From positions 12,586,001 to 12,650,000 of the forward strand of contig OZ024753.1 of NCBI GenBank assembly GCA_964016885.1: a stretch of DNA of 64,000 nucleotides. Direction: 5' to 3'. The position numbers were made by a program, and so were the translations under genes. The notes under the pieces are model-generated. The model did no database searches. It was not told the DNA's origin and was given only the letters and a program-made list of their open reading frames with translations. The DNA is from Eledone cirrhosa (Eukaryota). Shown in pieces: positions 1 through 11,884 of this stretch; within the stretch, counting starts at the first letter, position 1, and the number at the start of each line of letters is the position of its first letter.

Positions 1-29
1 AAACAAGAAAGCCAGCACAGCCCAGCCAA

Positions 30-1442
30 ATGGAGATAGAGTTGGTCCTAAAAGACTATATGAAGAATATTCTCTTCATACGAAAGGACCGACTCTATGG
101 CAGCATTTCGGTCCTAACAAAAGACAAGGAAACGGCGGAGAAGCTTTCCATAAGCCCACTCTCATCGACAACATACAGCTTCTATCCCTCCTACATGGGT
201 AGAAGAACACAGAGAGTAAAAATACAAACAATGCTGCCCACAATGGACTTCTGGTGGGCTATTGCTGGCTTCATAGACATGGGCGAGGACACAGTGCTGT
301 CAATGGGGAAGGCATCCGGAGATGCGTTCCTGGGAATGGGCCTCGACCTACTAGTCCAAATGAGGCCCGAAAGAATAGCACAAATCCCGGATCGCATCTG
401 GCTGGATGAGCTCACCCCAATAGATATAATTGTAGAGGGGAGAAGACCAGCATGCTATTTATGCATGGAAAGGGGACACATTAAGGCTAACTGCCCGAAA
501 CGTGTCCCCCAAAAAGGACTATTGCCCATACCCACCACAAACAGTACACCAACACCACCCACCTCCAAAAATACACTAATACCACACACAGCAAACAAAA
601 TACAAACACCACCAAGCACATCACCACCACCAGCAGCAAACACAAGCTCGACACAAAAATCACCACCACCATCACCAACACAAACACCATCACCACCATT
701 ACCAACCACAAGCACGACACAAACAGCACCACCACCACTACAAAACGCATTCCAAACAAATAATAAAAAAAACAGCAACAAATCTACCCCTCCCGCAAAA
801 AAAAACCAGACACGACGTCCCTCCCACCTAGCGCTGAAGAGTTTCCCCCAACTTCTGAAGAAGAAGGAGGAGAAGCCTTCAGACAAGTTAAAAGAAAAAA
901 AAGAAAGCACACACCCAGCACACCACAAATAACCCACACACAAACACCAACTCCAATAAAAAACACCCCACCCTCAACAAACAAAAATAAATCTGCGCCT
1001 CCCCTCTCCGAAACATTGACAGCATCACAAAAAAAGACATTGCAATACACATATATAAATAAAGAAAACAAAAAACTGTTTAAATTAATAAACAATAGCC
1101 CTTTGGTGCAGACCGAAGGGCCAAACTTTATCTCAACAGAGAACTTCACCCATTTAAAAATGATAAAGGTCCCTCTGGACCTTTATCGTTCCTTAAAAGA
1201 ACAATTTAGACAGGACGTGAGCCCCCCCCCCCTGTTTAAAACCGTTAAATCGGGTCCTCTTGAAAGATTTCCCCATAACCTCCCCTCTCCCTGACACAAC
1301 TCCAAACACCCCAACCCAACCACACTCGGGCACCCCCACACCACCACAAAACATCCCTCCACCCAACACACCTGACGCCATGGAAATTACACAACCCGGG
1401 GAGGTAAGTGCTTTTCTTTCTTCACTTTCAACACCAAAATAG
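30..1442 (+). pseudogene. LINE ORF1 (nucleic-acid-binding, zinc knuckle), broken by frameshifts after ~790
   Basis: ORF 30..932 contains CYLCMERGHIKANC (CX2CX4HX4C) followed by a Pro/Thr-rich tract; Pro/Thr-rich coding continues in other frames (1016-1294, 1260-1442) across A/C homopolymer runs. Confidence 0.75.
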
Positions 1443-1447
1443 ATCAA

Positions 1448-4400
1448 TTGAGAGTTGGCTGTTTGAACGCGCGTGTCCTGGGCTCAGCTTGGAAGCAAGC
1501 AAAGCTACTAAGTGACCTCAGGTCACGAAGTATAGATGTGATGGTTGTTTGCGAGAGTCGGATCAGCAGCGTGCGACAGCTGGCTCCCGCCTTCGATGAA
1601 TTTGAGATGCACGCATCTCTCTGTCAACCCGGAGGCGGGGGGGGGGGGGGGGTTGCCGTACTGCTGGATAAACGTCTGGCTCTCGACGTACAGATTGTTC
1701 ACTCGGACCCGGGGGGTCGAATACTGGTGCTGGACGTCGGAGGCGGTGAAGGCGGGGCTTTCAGACTGGTCGGTCTTTATGCCCCCTTCGGGGCTGAAAG
1801 AGCCGACTTCTTCCAGCGTCTGGAGACTTTTCTAGGAACGTCGCGTTCCCTGCTTTTAGTGGGGGACTGGAATGGAATCCTAGATGCGCGTTGGGACTAT
1901 GCAGGGGCATGTCCCGATAGAGGGGGGTGTAGCAGCCTCAAGGGGTTACTCGATCGATTCGACCTGGTCGATAGATTTCGACTAGATTGTCCAACTGCGC
2001 CAACCTGGACCTGGGCAAACCGCAGTGGACAATCTAGATCGTACCTAGATAGGTTTTTGGTTAGGAGTAAGGATAGGGACGTATTTAGTTGTCCAGAATT
2101 GATCATGGTTGGCTATTCAGATCACAAATTAGTGACCTGCGTGGTCAACCTTGATAGAACGCATAGACAGGGTCCCGGTTACTGGAAGATGAACTTGTCC
2201 TTGCCGGCAAAGAAAGATTACAGGAACCGGATTAGTAGCTTAGTTAAGATGCGGTTGACGGGGGCGATTGTCAACAGTAGGTGGTGGGTATCTCTAAAGA
2301 GAGAGATTAGAGTAAGTTCGATAGGTTACAGTAAGGAACTAGCGGCGAATAGAAATAGGAAGGAAAGGGAGTTAACAGATAAACTAGAAGAGGCGATTAG
2401 GAGCGGAGACGTAGCCAGAGTGTTAGCGGCGAGAACGGCGTTGAGCCAGTTCTTCGACGCGAAGCACGAAGGCTGCGTTGTCCGAAGTAAAATACGTGCT
2501 TTAGGAAACGAGGGGACCAAAGCTGTGAGCTGGGCCCGCGTGACAGAAGCCAAGAGTGGGATTAAATCCACCATTCGGTCTTTGCGAGACCAGGATGGAC
2601 GGGTGATCCTTGAACCTGAGCGGATGTGCGAGGCCTTTCAAAGGCACTTTGCTCGACTGTTCGGAGGGGGCGGGGGGCCGGACGGGGATGTGGACTTCGG
2701 TCCATACCTCGACGGTCTACCGCGTCTTTCGAGCGGCGAAGCGGAGTGCTGCGAAAGGCCAATCACAGCCACTGAAATCGGGGAAGCGCTCAGCCAATGC
2801 AGCAGACGCAAATCTCCGGGTCTCGATGGTCTACCATACGAACTTTATTTAGCTATGCCGGTCTTGTTCTCCGAACTCCTCGAGGCTGTCTATTGCAACT
2901 GGCAACAGAACGGGAGAATTCCCTGTTCTGTGACCAAGTGCGTGGTCACGCTAGTGAGGAAGGACGAGAGCAAGGGGGACGACTTAAGTAACTTTAGGCC
3001 CATAACTCTGCTGAATGCAGAGTTACAGATTTTGGCCAAGGTGTTGGCGAAGAGGTTGGCGCTTGTGGTGGGTGGTTTGGTGGGAGACGCACAAACATGC
3101 GCTATCCCGTCCAGGTCCATTCACGACAAACTCCACCTCATGCGATACATCATAGAGAGGGTTGGCAACGAACCCGGCTTTGGTGGGGCCCTGATCAACT
3201 TGGATCAATCTAAGGCGTTCGATAGGGTCGACCATGGTTACCTGGATGCGGTGCTAGCGGCGGCGGGCTTCGGACCCGTTTTCAGGGGCTGGATTTCTGC
3301 CATGCACAGTGGCAACATCTACTCTAGGATTAAAGTAAACGGCTACCTCTCGGAGCCGTTTCAAATCACCCGGTCCATCAGACAGGGGTGCCCCCTCTCC
3401 TCCCTTCTGTACGTATTGACTCTCGAGCCACAGCTGCGGAAGTTGGAGTTGCTGCGGGGCATACCCCTGGAACCGGGATTGCACAAAGCGGTCTCGGCCT
3501 ATGCCGACGACGTAACAGTAATGGTGGCGGACGCCTCGGAAATCGGGGCGATCGCCATCCTACTGGAGGAATACGAAAGGCTGACGGGGGCTAGGCTGAA
3601 CCGGGACAAGTCAGTCGGTTTGCAACTCGGAACGTGGAGGGGCAAACCGATGCCGTTAGACGGTGTCGTCGGGCGGTGGACGGAGGGCCCGGTGAAGCTG
3701 CTCGGGGTCTGGTTCGGACAGGACCTCCAGGTGGAGAAGAATTGGGGCGAGGTGACGAGCAGGGTGTTTGCGCTGACCCAGAAGTGGGCCAAGTGCAAAC
3801 TATCACTGAAAGGTCGGGCGGAGGTGACGAACGCTTACATAGCGTCCGTCATCTGCTACCGCCTGACCGTCGTGCCTTGCCCCAAGGAAAAGATCACCAT
3901 CATGGAACGCATGCTCTTCCAGTTCCTCTGGAAGAAGCGGCCTCCCATGGTGAGGAGATCCATCTGCTGCCAGCACCCTTCGAAAGGAGGGCTGGGTATG
4001 CCGTGGCTGTTGATGCGTAGGCACGCATTGAGGCTACGGCATCTACAGGTATTCCTCACCGGTCAGCCGGTGTGGGCCCCGTTTGTGAGGCGAGCCTTCC
4101 CACAGCTCGTCTCGCTCACCGAGCTGCAATCCTGGGTGAAGCAAAGACCGAGAAAACTGGGCAACTGGCACACCGAGTGTGCCCAGGCGCTCACGGCTAT
4201 CTAGCAAGCGGACCCGACTGTCAGTGGAGAATCCACCTCGACATTCTATAGAGGGCTGGTGGCTAGCAGGGGCGACGACACCCTTGGAGAGTCGCTAGGC
4301 ATGGAGGAGGACGAACTGGCCAGCCTGTTCGGTAGAACTTTCGGCCCGGGACCCATGGACAACTTCCAGAGGTCCCTAGCCTGGCAGTTTTACCGGGGGG

Positions 4401-4882
4401 CTCTGCCCGTTCGAGAAAAGCTCTACAGACACGGGCGCCCGGGCAGGGATCCAGCGAAAAAGATCTGTCCCAGATGCGTGCGCGACGAGGAAACCGTTGC
4501 GCATGCACTGGTACACTGCCCGGGCGTTGGCGATCTGTGGGGCTACGTCGAACGACTGCTGTCGCGTGTGGAGCCGATTCGATTAACCGCCGAGTCTGTG
4601 GTGAACATCAAGCCGCCGCCTCCCTTCAGAAACGAAGCAGAGGCGGTCTTTCTGTGCGTAATAGCCATGATGAAAGAGGTTGTGTGGTGGACGCGCCTGA
4701 AAGGTCTGAGGTCGGGTGACTTTCTCTCCGGCCATCACCTGGTTTACTTCTTCCGATACCACTTCGGAAGAAGGATCAGGATGGAGAGAGAAGTGCTTGG
4801 CCCCAGACAGTTTTATGAAAGGTGGGTGAAAGAAGCGAGAATGGCTCGTGTAAATGGGCCTTCTCTCTACATTGTTCTGTAG
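1448..4882 (+). pseudogene. LINE ORF2: APE endonuclease + reverse transcriptase, one premature stop
   Basis: Motifs CLNAR, GDWN, YLDR, SDH (EN); SPGLDG, FRPITLLN, DQSKAFDRV, RQGCPLS, YADD (RT); CPRC..HALVHC. ORFs 1448..4204 and 4259..4882 share a frame; TAG at 4202-4204 corresponds to Trp in the related copy at ~44000 (ALTVLWQ). Confidence 0.92.
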
Positions 4883-5115
4883 GTGAAGAAGTGAAGAGGA
4901 AAGGGGGAGCGCCTCCTCTCTGGGCTTCCCCCGCGAAAAGGGTTGCACACTTTTCGGGGGTATGTGCAATCCCGAACACGCCCCCTCCCTTTTGAGGACT
5001 TTTTATTATTATATTATTATTGTTATTCCTTTTTCTTTACTCGATTTATGTAAACTCCCCCACTGTGTATTTGTCCCCTTCTTTTGTGCCCTCGTGGCAA
5101 ATAAATAGAAATTTA

Positions 5116-5210
5116 TCTATCTATCTATCTATCTCTCTATCAATATCTCTATGTATGTATCTATGTATGTATGTATGTATGTATCTATGTATGCATGTAT
5201 CTATGTATCT
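5116..5210. repeat. (CTAT)n/(GTAT)n microsatellite at the LINE 3' end
   Basis: Direct reading. Confidence 0.9.
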
Positions 5211-5212
5211 AA

Positions 5213-5793
5213 TGTCCGGTCACTCTCGAGTGCTACTGGTAACGTGTAACCCAGTACAACCTGTCGCAGTTTACTTGGCGAGGAGGGTGATTTTGGACAC
5301 TCTGCAGGAAAAATAACAATACCTGACAAAGGGCAGAAGAACTCATAAGAGTCAACGGCCATCCAAAAGTGTGTAAATATGTATATACACATGTACATAT
5401 GTGTGTATATGCATATGTGTATATACATGTGTGTATGTATATGCGCGGGGACAAAGAAATAGTCGGGCTGGATACCCAATCGCGCGGTTAAACCTCTGGG
5501 AGTGAAGGACCCCTTGGCTTTGTCAGGGCATTCTTCTAGGAGAAGGCAACTCAGGAAACGGGGATAACGCCAACATAAAACCTGTGGCTCAGTAGTTACC
5601 GATGATGTTGATCTTTTCTTCTCTTAGTGTTATAGCTACTGTCGCTCAGAGAGTGGGATTGGCTCAGTGCACAGTCTTTCCTCGCTTTAAAAAATATCTT
5701 CTCGCACAGGCATTGCACGATGGAATTAATTAATAATTATTAATAATGGTATATCGTGCAATGGCCACACTCGATAACGAGGGGGCAGCCATC
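5213..5793 (+). mobile_element. Non-autonomous bipartite RTE derivative (RTE 5' UTR plus short 3' end)
   Basis: Start ctctcgagtgctactggtaacgtgtaacccagtacaacctg matches the 5' end of the RTE at ~28945 (-); end actcgataacgagggggcagccatc matches the end of the copy at 52750-53340. Confidence 0.65.
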
Positions 5794-5942
5794 ATATATG
5801 TATCTACCGTTCTATCTATCTATACAATTTTATCTAACACCCCCAGCGTCACGTCTTGTAATGTTCTATTTATTGTGCGCCCATGTGGTAAATAAAGAAA
5901 CATTTCTATTTATTTATCTATCTACCTACCCCCTCTCACACA

Positions 5943-6075
<133 letters not shown>

Positions 6076-6221
6076 CAGTAATATGCTGAGGTTACATATA
6101 TCGTTTAATCATAATAATTATTTCGAGGGTTCTCCAAGCAATCTAGATGTCCTTCATGCATTTGCTGTTGATTATGTGTGTGTCTGTGTGTCTGTTTGTC
6201 TGTCAATCTATCCTTTATAAC

Positions 6222-6720
6222 GATCAAGCGGCCTGCCTCCCCCCTTCAAAAATGAAGGAGAGGCGGTGTTTCTGTGCATAATAGCCATGGTGAAAGAGGT
6301 TGTATGGTGGACGCGTTTTAAAGGACTGAGGTCAGACACCTTTCTCTCTGGCCAACAACTGGTCCTTTTCTTCCGATATTAGAAGGATCAGGATGGAGAG
6401 AGAGATGCTACACCCCAGCCAGTTTTATGAAAGGTGGGTGAAAGTGGCGAGAATGGCCCGTGTGAATGGGCCTTCTCTCTATATCAGCCTGTAGGTGAAA
6501 AAGATGGAAGAATAGGGGAGCATCCTCTCTTTGTGCTACTGAGAAGAGTTTCACACTTTTTCGTGGGTGTGTGCGACCCCCTAAAACGCCTCCTCCCTAT
6601 TGAGGACTGTATTGTTAATTTTATATTTTTTATTGTTTTTTTTTCCTCGTTCTTTTGTGTAAACTCCCCCCTTTGTATTTGTCCCCTTCTTTTGCGCCCT
6701 CGTGGCAATACATAGAAACA
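6222..6720 (+). mobile_element. 5'-truncated Tx1-family copy (ORF2 end + 3' UTR)
   Basis: Similar to 4607-5105 (gaggcggtgtttctgtgcataatagccatgg...tttgtatttgtccccttcttttgcgccctcgtggcaa); followed by tctatctatc. Confidence 0.88.
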
Positions 6721-6739
6721 TATCTATCTATCTGTCTGT

Positions 6740-7960
6740 CTGGTTTGGTCCAGACCTCCAGGTGGACAAGAACTGGAAGGTGATAAAGGGGGAAGGTGTT
6801 TGCACTCACCCAGAAGTGGGCTGAGTGCAAACTCTCCTTGAAAGGTCGAGTGGCGGTGGCGAACACGTATATAGCGTCCGTCATCTACTACCGTTTGACA
6901 ATCGTACCTTGTCCACGCGAATACCTCACCTAATTGGAACACCCACTCTTCAGGTTCCTCTGGAAGAAACAGGTTCCATTGGTGAGGAGATCCATCTGCT
7001 GTCAACACCATTCTAACGGAGGGCTGGGGATGCCGTGGCTGATGTTGCGCAAACACGCGCTGAGGCTATGCCATCTCCAGTTGTTCCTGACCGGCCAACC
7101 GGTGTGGCTGTGGTTTGTGAGACGAGCTCTTCTAGAACTCGTCTCACTAACTGGGTCAAGCGAAGACCGAAAATGGGCGCCTGGCACCTCGAGTGCCTTC
7201 ACGCGCTTACAGCCCTCTACCAAGCGGAAACGGCAATCAGCGGAGACTGCACTTCGACATTCTATAGGGGATTAGTGGCGGATAAGTGCGACGACGTTCT
7301 CGGAGAAAATCTAGGCATCGAGGAGGACGAACTGACCAGTCTGTTCGGGACGACTTTCCGTCTAGGGCCTATGGATAAATTCTAGAGGTCTCTGGTCTGG
7401 CAGTGCTACCGATGAGCTCTACCATTTCGAGACAAAAATCTACAGGTACGGACGCACTGGCAGAGATCCTGCCAAAAGGACCCGTCCAAGATGCGAGCAG
7501 AACATCGAAGTCGTTCTGCACGCAATTGTTCAGTGCCCAGGGGTGATCGACCTGTGGAATTATGTCGAACAGCTACTGTCACGTGTGGGACGCATCCAGT
7601 TGTCAGCCGAGTCCCTCGTGGGGATCACCCCGCCGCCTGCATTTAAGGATGAAGGAGAGGGGGTAAATTCGCTGAAAGGTGGGTGAATGGGCCGAGTGAA
7701 TGGGCCTTCTCTGTGCATAAACCTGTAGGTTGAGAAAGATAAACTGAGGGAAGACGGGAAGACCTACAAAACGAGTTCCTGGTGTTGAGGGTTGTTCTAG
7801 CCACGGTGTGTAAAACAACCCCGCAGTAACGGGACTTCGATTGTTTTATTTTAAATATAGTTTATTGTTATTCATCATTGTTAAAGATTTTAAGTAAAAC
7901 CCCGCCGTCACGTCTTGTAATGTCCCAATTGTGTACGCCCCTGTGGCAAATAAAGAAAGA
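6740..7960 (+). mobile_element. 5'-truncated, degenerate Tx1-family copy
   Basis: Translates to LFRFLWKKQVPLVRRSICCQH..GGLGMPWLML, homologous to ORF2 above; ends AATAAA followed by (CTAT)n. Confidence 0.88.
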
Positions 7961-8018
7961 TATCTACCTATCTGTTCCTCAAGTCCATCTCTCTATATAT
8001 CTATATCTACATGTCTGC

Positions 8019-8019
<1 letters not shown>

Positions 8020-8104
<85 letters not shown>

Positions 8105-8105
8105 C
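8020..8105. repeat. (CTAT)n microsatellite
   Basis: Direct reading. Confidence 0.95.
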
Positions 8106-8132
8106 CCTTCCTCGTTATCTCTTGTTGTGAAC

Positions 8133-8484
8133 TGGCAGTATCGGTAGAGGGTCGGACGCCATGCTTTCCAGCATAGTTACGTCCCTTTACGATCTGAGTT
8201 CAAATCCCGCCGAGGTTGACTTTGCCTTTCATCCTTACGGGGTCGATAAAATAAAGTACCAGTAATGCACTGGATAATTGCTGGCCTTGTGCCTAAAGTA
8301 GAAACAATTATCAGTAGAGAGTCGGACGCCATGCTTTGATGCAAAGAGTTACGTCCCTTTACGATCTGAGTTCAAATCCCGCGGAGGTTAACTTTGCCTT
8401 TCATCCTTACGAGGTCGATAAAATAAAGTACCAGCAATGTACTGCGTAATTGCTGGCCTTGTGCCAAAAGTAGAAGCAATTATT
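8133..8484 (+). mobile_element. Two tandem tRNA-derived SINE copies (Meta-domain-like core)
   Basis: A-box-like tggcagtatcgg, B-box gagttcaaatcc, core gactttgcctttcatccttacggggtcgataaaataaagtaccag; same family occurs at 41557, 42968, 52528 and 53725. Confidence 0.85.
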
Positions 8485-8861
8485 ATACATTCATTCTATG
8501 AATTATCACTCATTACGGTAAATTTCAATATTCCGTTGCTGATATAAACACACACGTATCTACACTGCTATCAAATTAACATCATTGTTTCTTCTGAACG
8601 GATATTTATAAAGAATAGCAGACACTACTAAATGGTAATTTAATTCATAAAAGTTTAAACCTACGTCATAGTTGGCTCTCACTTGTTTTATATTCAATTC
8701 TATATATATTTTTATATTTTCATATACACACACTACACCTATACAATCGCTCAAACACAATTTGTTTGTGACATTCAATTATATATTTATAAATATATAT
8801 ATATTTATAAATATATATAACGGGCGACAGCGCATTAACACACATAAGAGCGATCACTTAG

Positions 8862-9830
8862 ATGGAACCACCCGTAGCAAAAGTACAAGGACACGTAATC
8901 GCCACCGTAACGTCCTATGGTTCCCCCCCCCCCTACTCTCGGAGTGTGGCCTCCAACATACCCCGGATATTCTTCGAACCCTTAGAGAAGAACTTCCCGC
9001 CCAACCATAGGTATAGAAAAATTCTTAATAGGAACAATATAAAAATATCCTTCTCTACTACCCCTAACCTAGCAGACATCATAGGAACAACGAACCACAG
9101 TAAGATCACCAAGACACAGCACCTCGACACAGACGCACCTACACCTGACAATAACTATATCGGCCTTAACAACTCCCTGGCAGCATCCAATAGTGTTGGC
9201 AACGGCATCCGCAGACACAACCGGAATGACCGCGAAGTGACTGGAGAACATGCAGAACATGCCGTGCGGAATAACAATCGCACCATCCCGCGTGCTGTGG
9301 GTTGTAATTGTGCTAACGACAGCTGCGGTAGCGTAGGTAACAACGTAGGCAGCAACAATGATAGCCTTACCGTGGGAAATAGACGGAACCGCGACAGAAA
9401 TTGCAACTGCCGCGACAGAGGACGCTGCCCCCTTAGAGGATACTGCTTGACTGATAGGGTTATATATAGATGCACTATTACTAGCCACAATAGCGTTAAA
9501 CATTATATAGGGGCCACCTCCGGCCCGTTCAAAATTAGGTTTCGAACACATCTCCACTCTTTCACAAATAGAAAACTAAGACACTCCACTTCGCTCGCGG
9601 ACTACATCACATCACTAAAGGACTCAAACATCAGCTTCTCCACGCACTGGGAGATTGTCGGCAGGGCTGCACCGTACAACTTCAAGAGGAAATGCGATCT
9701 TTGCCTCATGGAGCTCTACCACATCATAACTGCACCCCACGGGCTCATCAACAGCAGAGCTGAAACAGCGATAAGTTGTACACATCGCTTAAAAATGTCC
9801 TTCTTTAGATGGGTTAAGGATGAAGAGTGA
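8862..9830 (+). pseudogene. Penelope-like GIY-YIG endonuclease domain (C-terminal part of the PLE ORF)
   Basis: CNCR..CPL.GYC...VIY...HYIG..SGPFKIRFRTH.HSF...TSL..YI..LK...W.I...A.PY....CDLC..E...INSR.E...C.H. Confidence 0.85.
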
Positions 9831-10127
9831 AATAGTACACTGGATCTCCCTGCAACAAGTCTTAACACCCCGGCGGGCAGGCGTTGCAAAATAACACCCA
9901 GAAAACAATCCTTGCATACCAGACCCGGCCTCAGACAAACGGATGCGGCAAAAAAAAAAAAAAAAAAAAAAAATTATCCGGGAAAGACTGCCCTAACACC
10001 GGCCAGAGTTACCTCCCTTGACCTGCTGCAAAATCAAAACAAGATATTTTTGCGAGCAATGAATCTTGATGTAGATTTAACCCCCAAAACTCTTTCCGAA
10101 CTATATATGGAACACTTGTGATTATTT

Positions 10128-10170
10128 ATGCCCTTGAGAAGCCCAACTGGGCGAAACGTACGTAGGTGAT
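10128..10170 (+). ncRNA. Minimal type I hammerhead-like ribozyme, U3-A8 core variant
   Basis: TTGAGAA - gccc/aact/gggc (stem II) - GAAAC - gtac - GTA^ggtg; palindromic ACGTACGT stem III; homologues at 45252 and 47200. Confidence 0.7.
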
Positions 10171-10381
10171 ATTTTAAATAAACATGTTTTAACGGTCTAT
10201 TCTCCGATGTTTTACTTTCCCACGTGCTTACGCTCTGATAACTCACTAGCCCACTAAATATTAACACTTCGAATATTTAATACTGCCGGCACTAGTATCG
10301 AGCACCTTTGGCATACGCTACTTGGCAAATAACTATATGTATCACCTATCCCTCCTTTTTCTCTCTTTCTCGATACGTAAA

Positions 10382-10906
<525 letters not shown>

Positions 10907-11214
10907 TAAATTGAAACAAAATGAAAACGAAATTTCATTTCTCACTCTTAGTATGGCACTTACTTAAATGTAAGTATGCATGTATACGTACATACATATA
11001 TGTATACAGACGTACAGTAGCATGCACATATATATATATATATACACATATATATACATATGCATACAGGTACACATACATATATGCACGTATCAGTTTA
11101 GCGGCGCTTATTATAACGTCGCTTTGTTCGTTTGTAAACAAACTGAACAGCCTGAATTTATGCCATACGGTGTTAAGGCAACCACGTCACCTTTTTGTTC
11201 AACACTGACACAGG

Positions 11215-11259
11215 AACGATGTACTAGTTTCAAGCTTGTTAGCTATCATCAGCACCGTT
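11215..11259 (-). ncRNA. Minimal type I hammerhead ribozyme (array unit L1)
   Basis: Reverse complement reads aacggtg CTGATGA t agct aaca agct t GAAAC ta GTA catcgtt. Confidence 0.88.
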
Positions 11260-11499
11260 TACCCATCTGCCAGATAGTTGAACGTTCGAAAGTTTATACT
11301 TTCCTTATGAAAATTAACGGCTGAGCAGCCTAATTTGCATATTGAGTGAGTTAAATCGGTCAGGCATACCGAAAACGATAAATTGAAACAAAATGAAAAC
11401 GAAATTTCATTTCTCACTCTTAGTATGGCACTTACTTAAATGTAAGTATGCATGTATACGTACATACATATATGTATACAGACGTACAGTAGCATGCAC

Positions 11500-11532
<33 letters not shown>

Positions 11533-11694
11533 TATACATATGCATACAGGTACACATACATATATGCACGTATCAGTTTAGCGGCGCTTATTATAACGTC
11601 GCTTTGTTCGTTTGTAAACAAACTGAACAGCCTGAATTTATGCCATACGGTGTTAAGGCAACCACGTCACCTTTTTGTTCAACACTGACACAGG

Positions 11695-11739
11695 AACGAT
11701 GTACTAGTTTCAAGCTTGTTAGCTATCATCAGCACCGTT
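11695..11739 (-). ncRNA. Minimal type I hammerhead ribozyme (array unit L2)
   Basis: Identical to L1. Confidence 0.88.
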
Positions 11740-11884
11740 TACCCATCTGCCAGATAGTTGAACGTTCGAAAGTTTATACTTTCCTTATGAAAATTAACGG
11801 CTGAGCAGCCTAATTTGCATATTTAGTGAGTTAAATCGGTCAGGCATACCGAAAACGATAAATTGAAACAAAATGAAAACGAAA

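Larger units (their letters stand above)
1..5105 (+). mobile_element. Near full-length Tx1/L1-clade non-LTR retrotransposon (5' end may lie outside the window)
   Basis: Gag-like ORF1 with CCHC knuckle, then ORF2 with APE endonuclease, RT and C-terminal Cys/His motif; 3' UTR ends in AATAAA (~5099-5104) followed by (CTAT)n. Confidence 0.93.
8822..10386 (+). mobile_element. 5'-truncated Penelope-like element (Naiad-type): thumb/linker, GIY-YIG endonuclease and pseudo-LTR
   Basis: RNVLWFPPP(frameshift in C-run)YSRSVASNI..FPPNH.Y.KILNRNNIKISFS linker, GIY-YIG domain, hammerhead in the 3' region; flanked by TA-rich tracts on both sides. Confidence 0.85.
10907..11884 (-). mobile_element. Left arm of hammerhead tandem array (2 units plus ~26 bp); putative non-LTR retrozyme
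   Basis: Reverse complement of the unit in 11885-15665; hammerheads at 11215-11259 and 11695-11739 on the - strand. Confidence 0.85.

Noticed and set aside
8190-8212. gagttcaaatcccgcc as a tRNA gene
   Set aside because: It is the B-box of a SINE head; no cloverleaf can be formed
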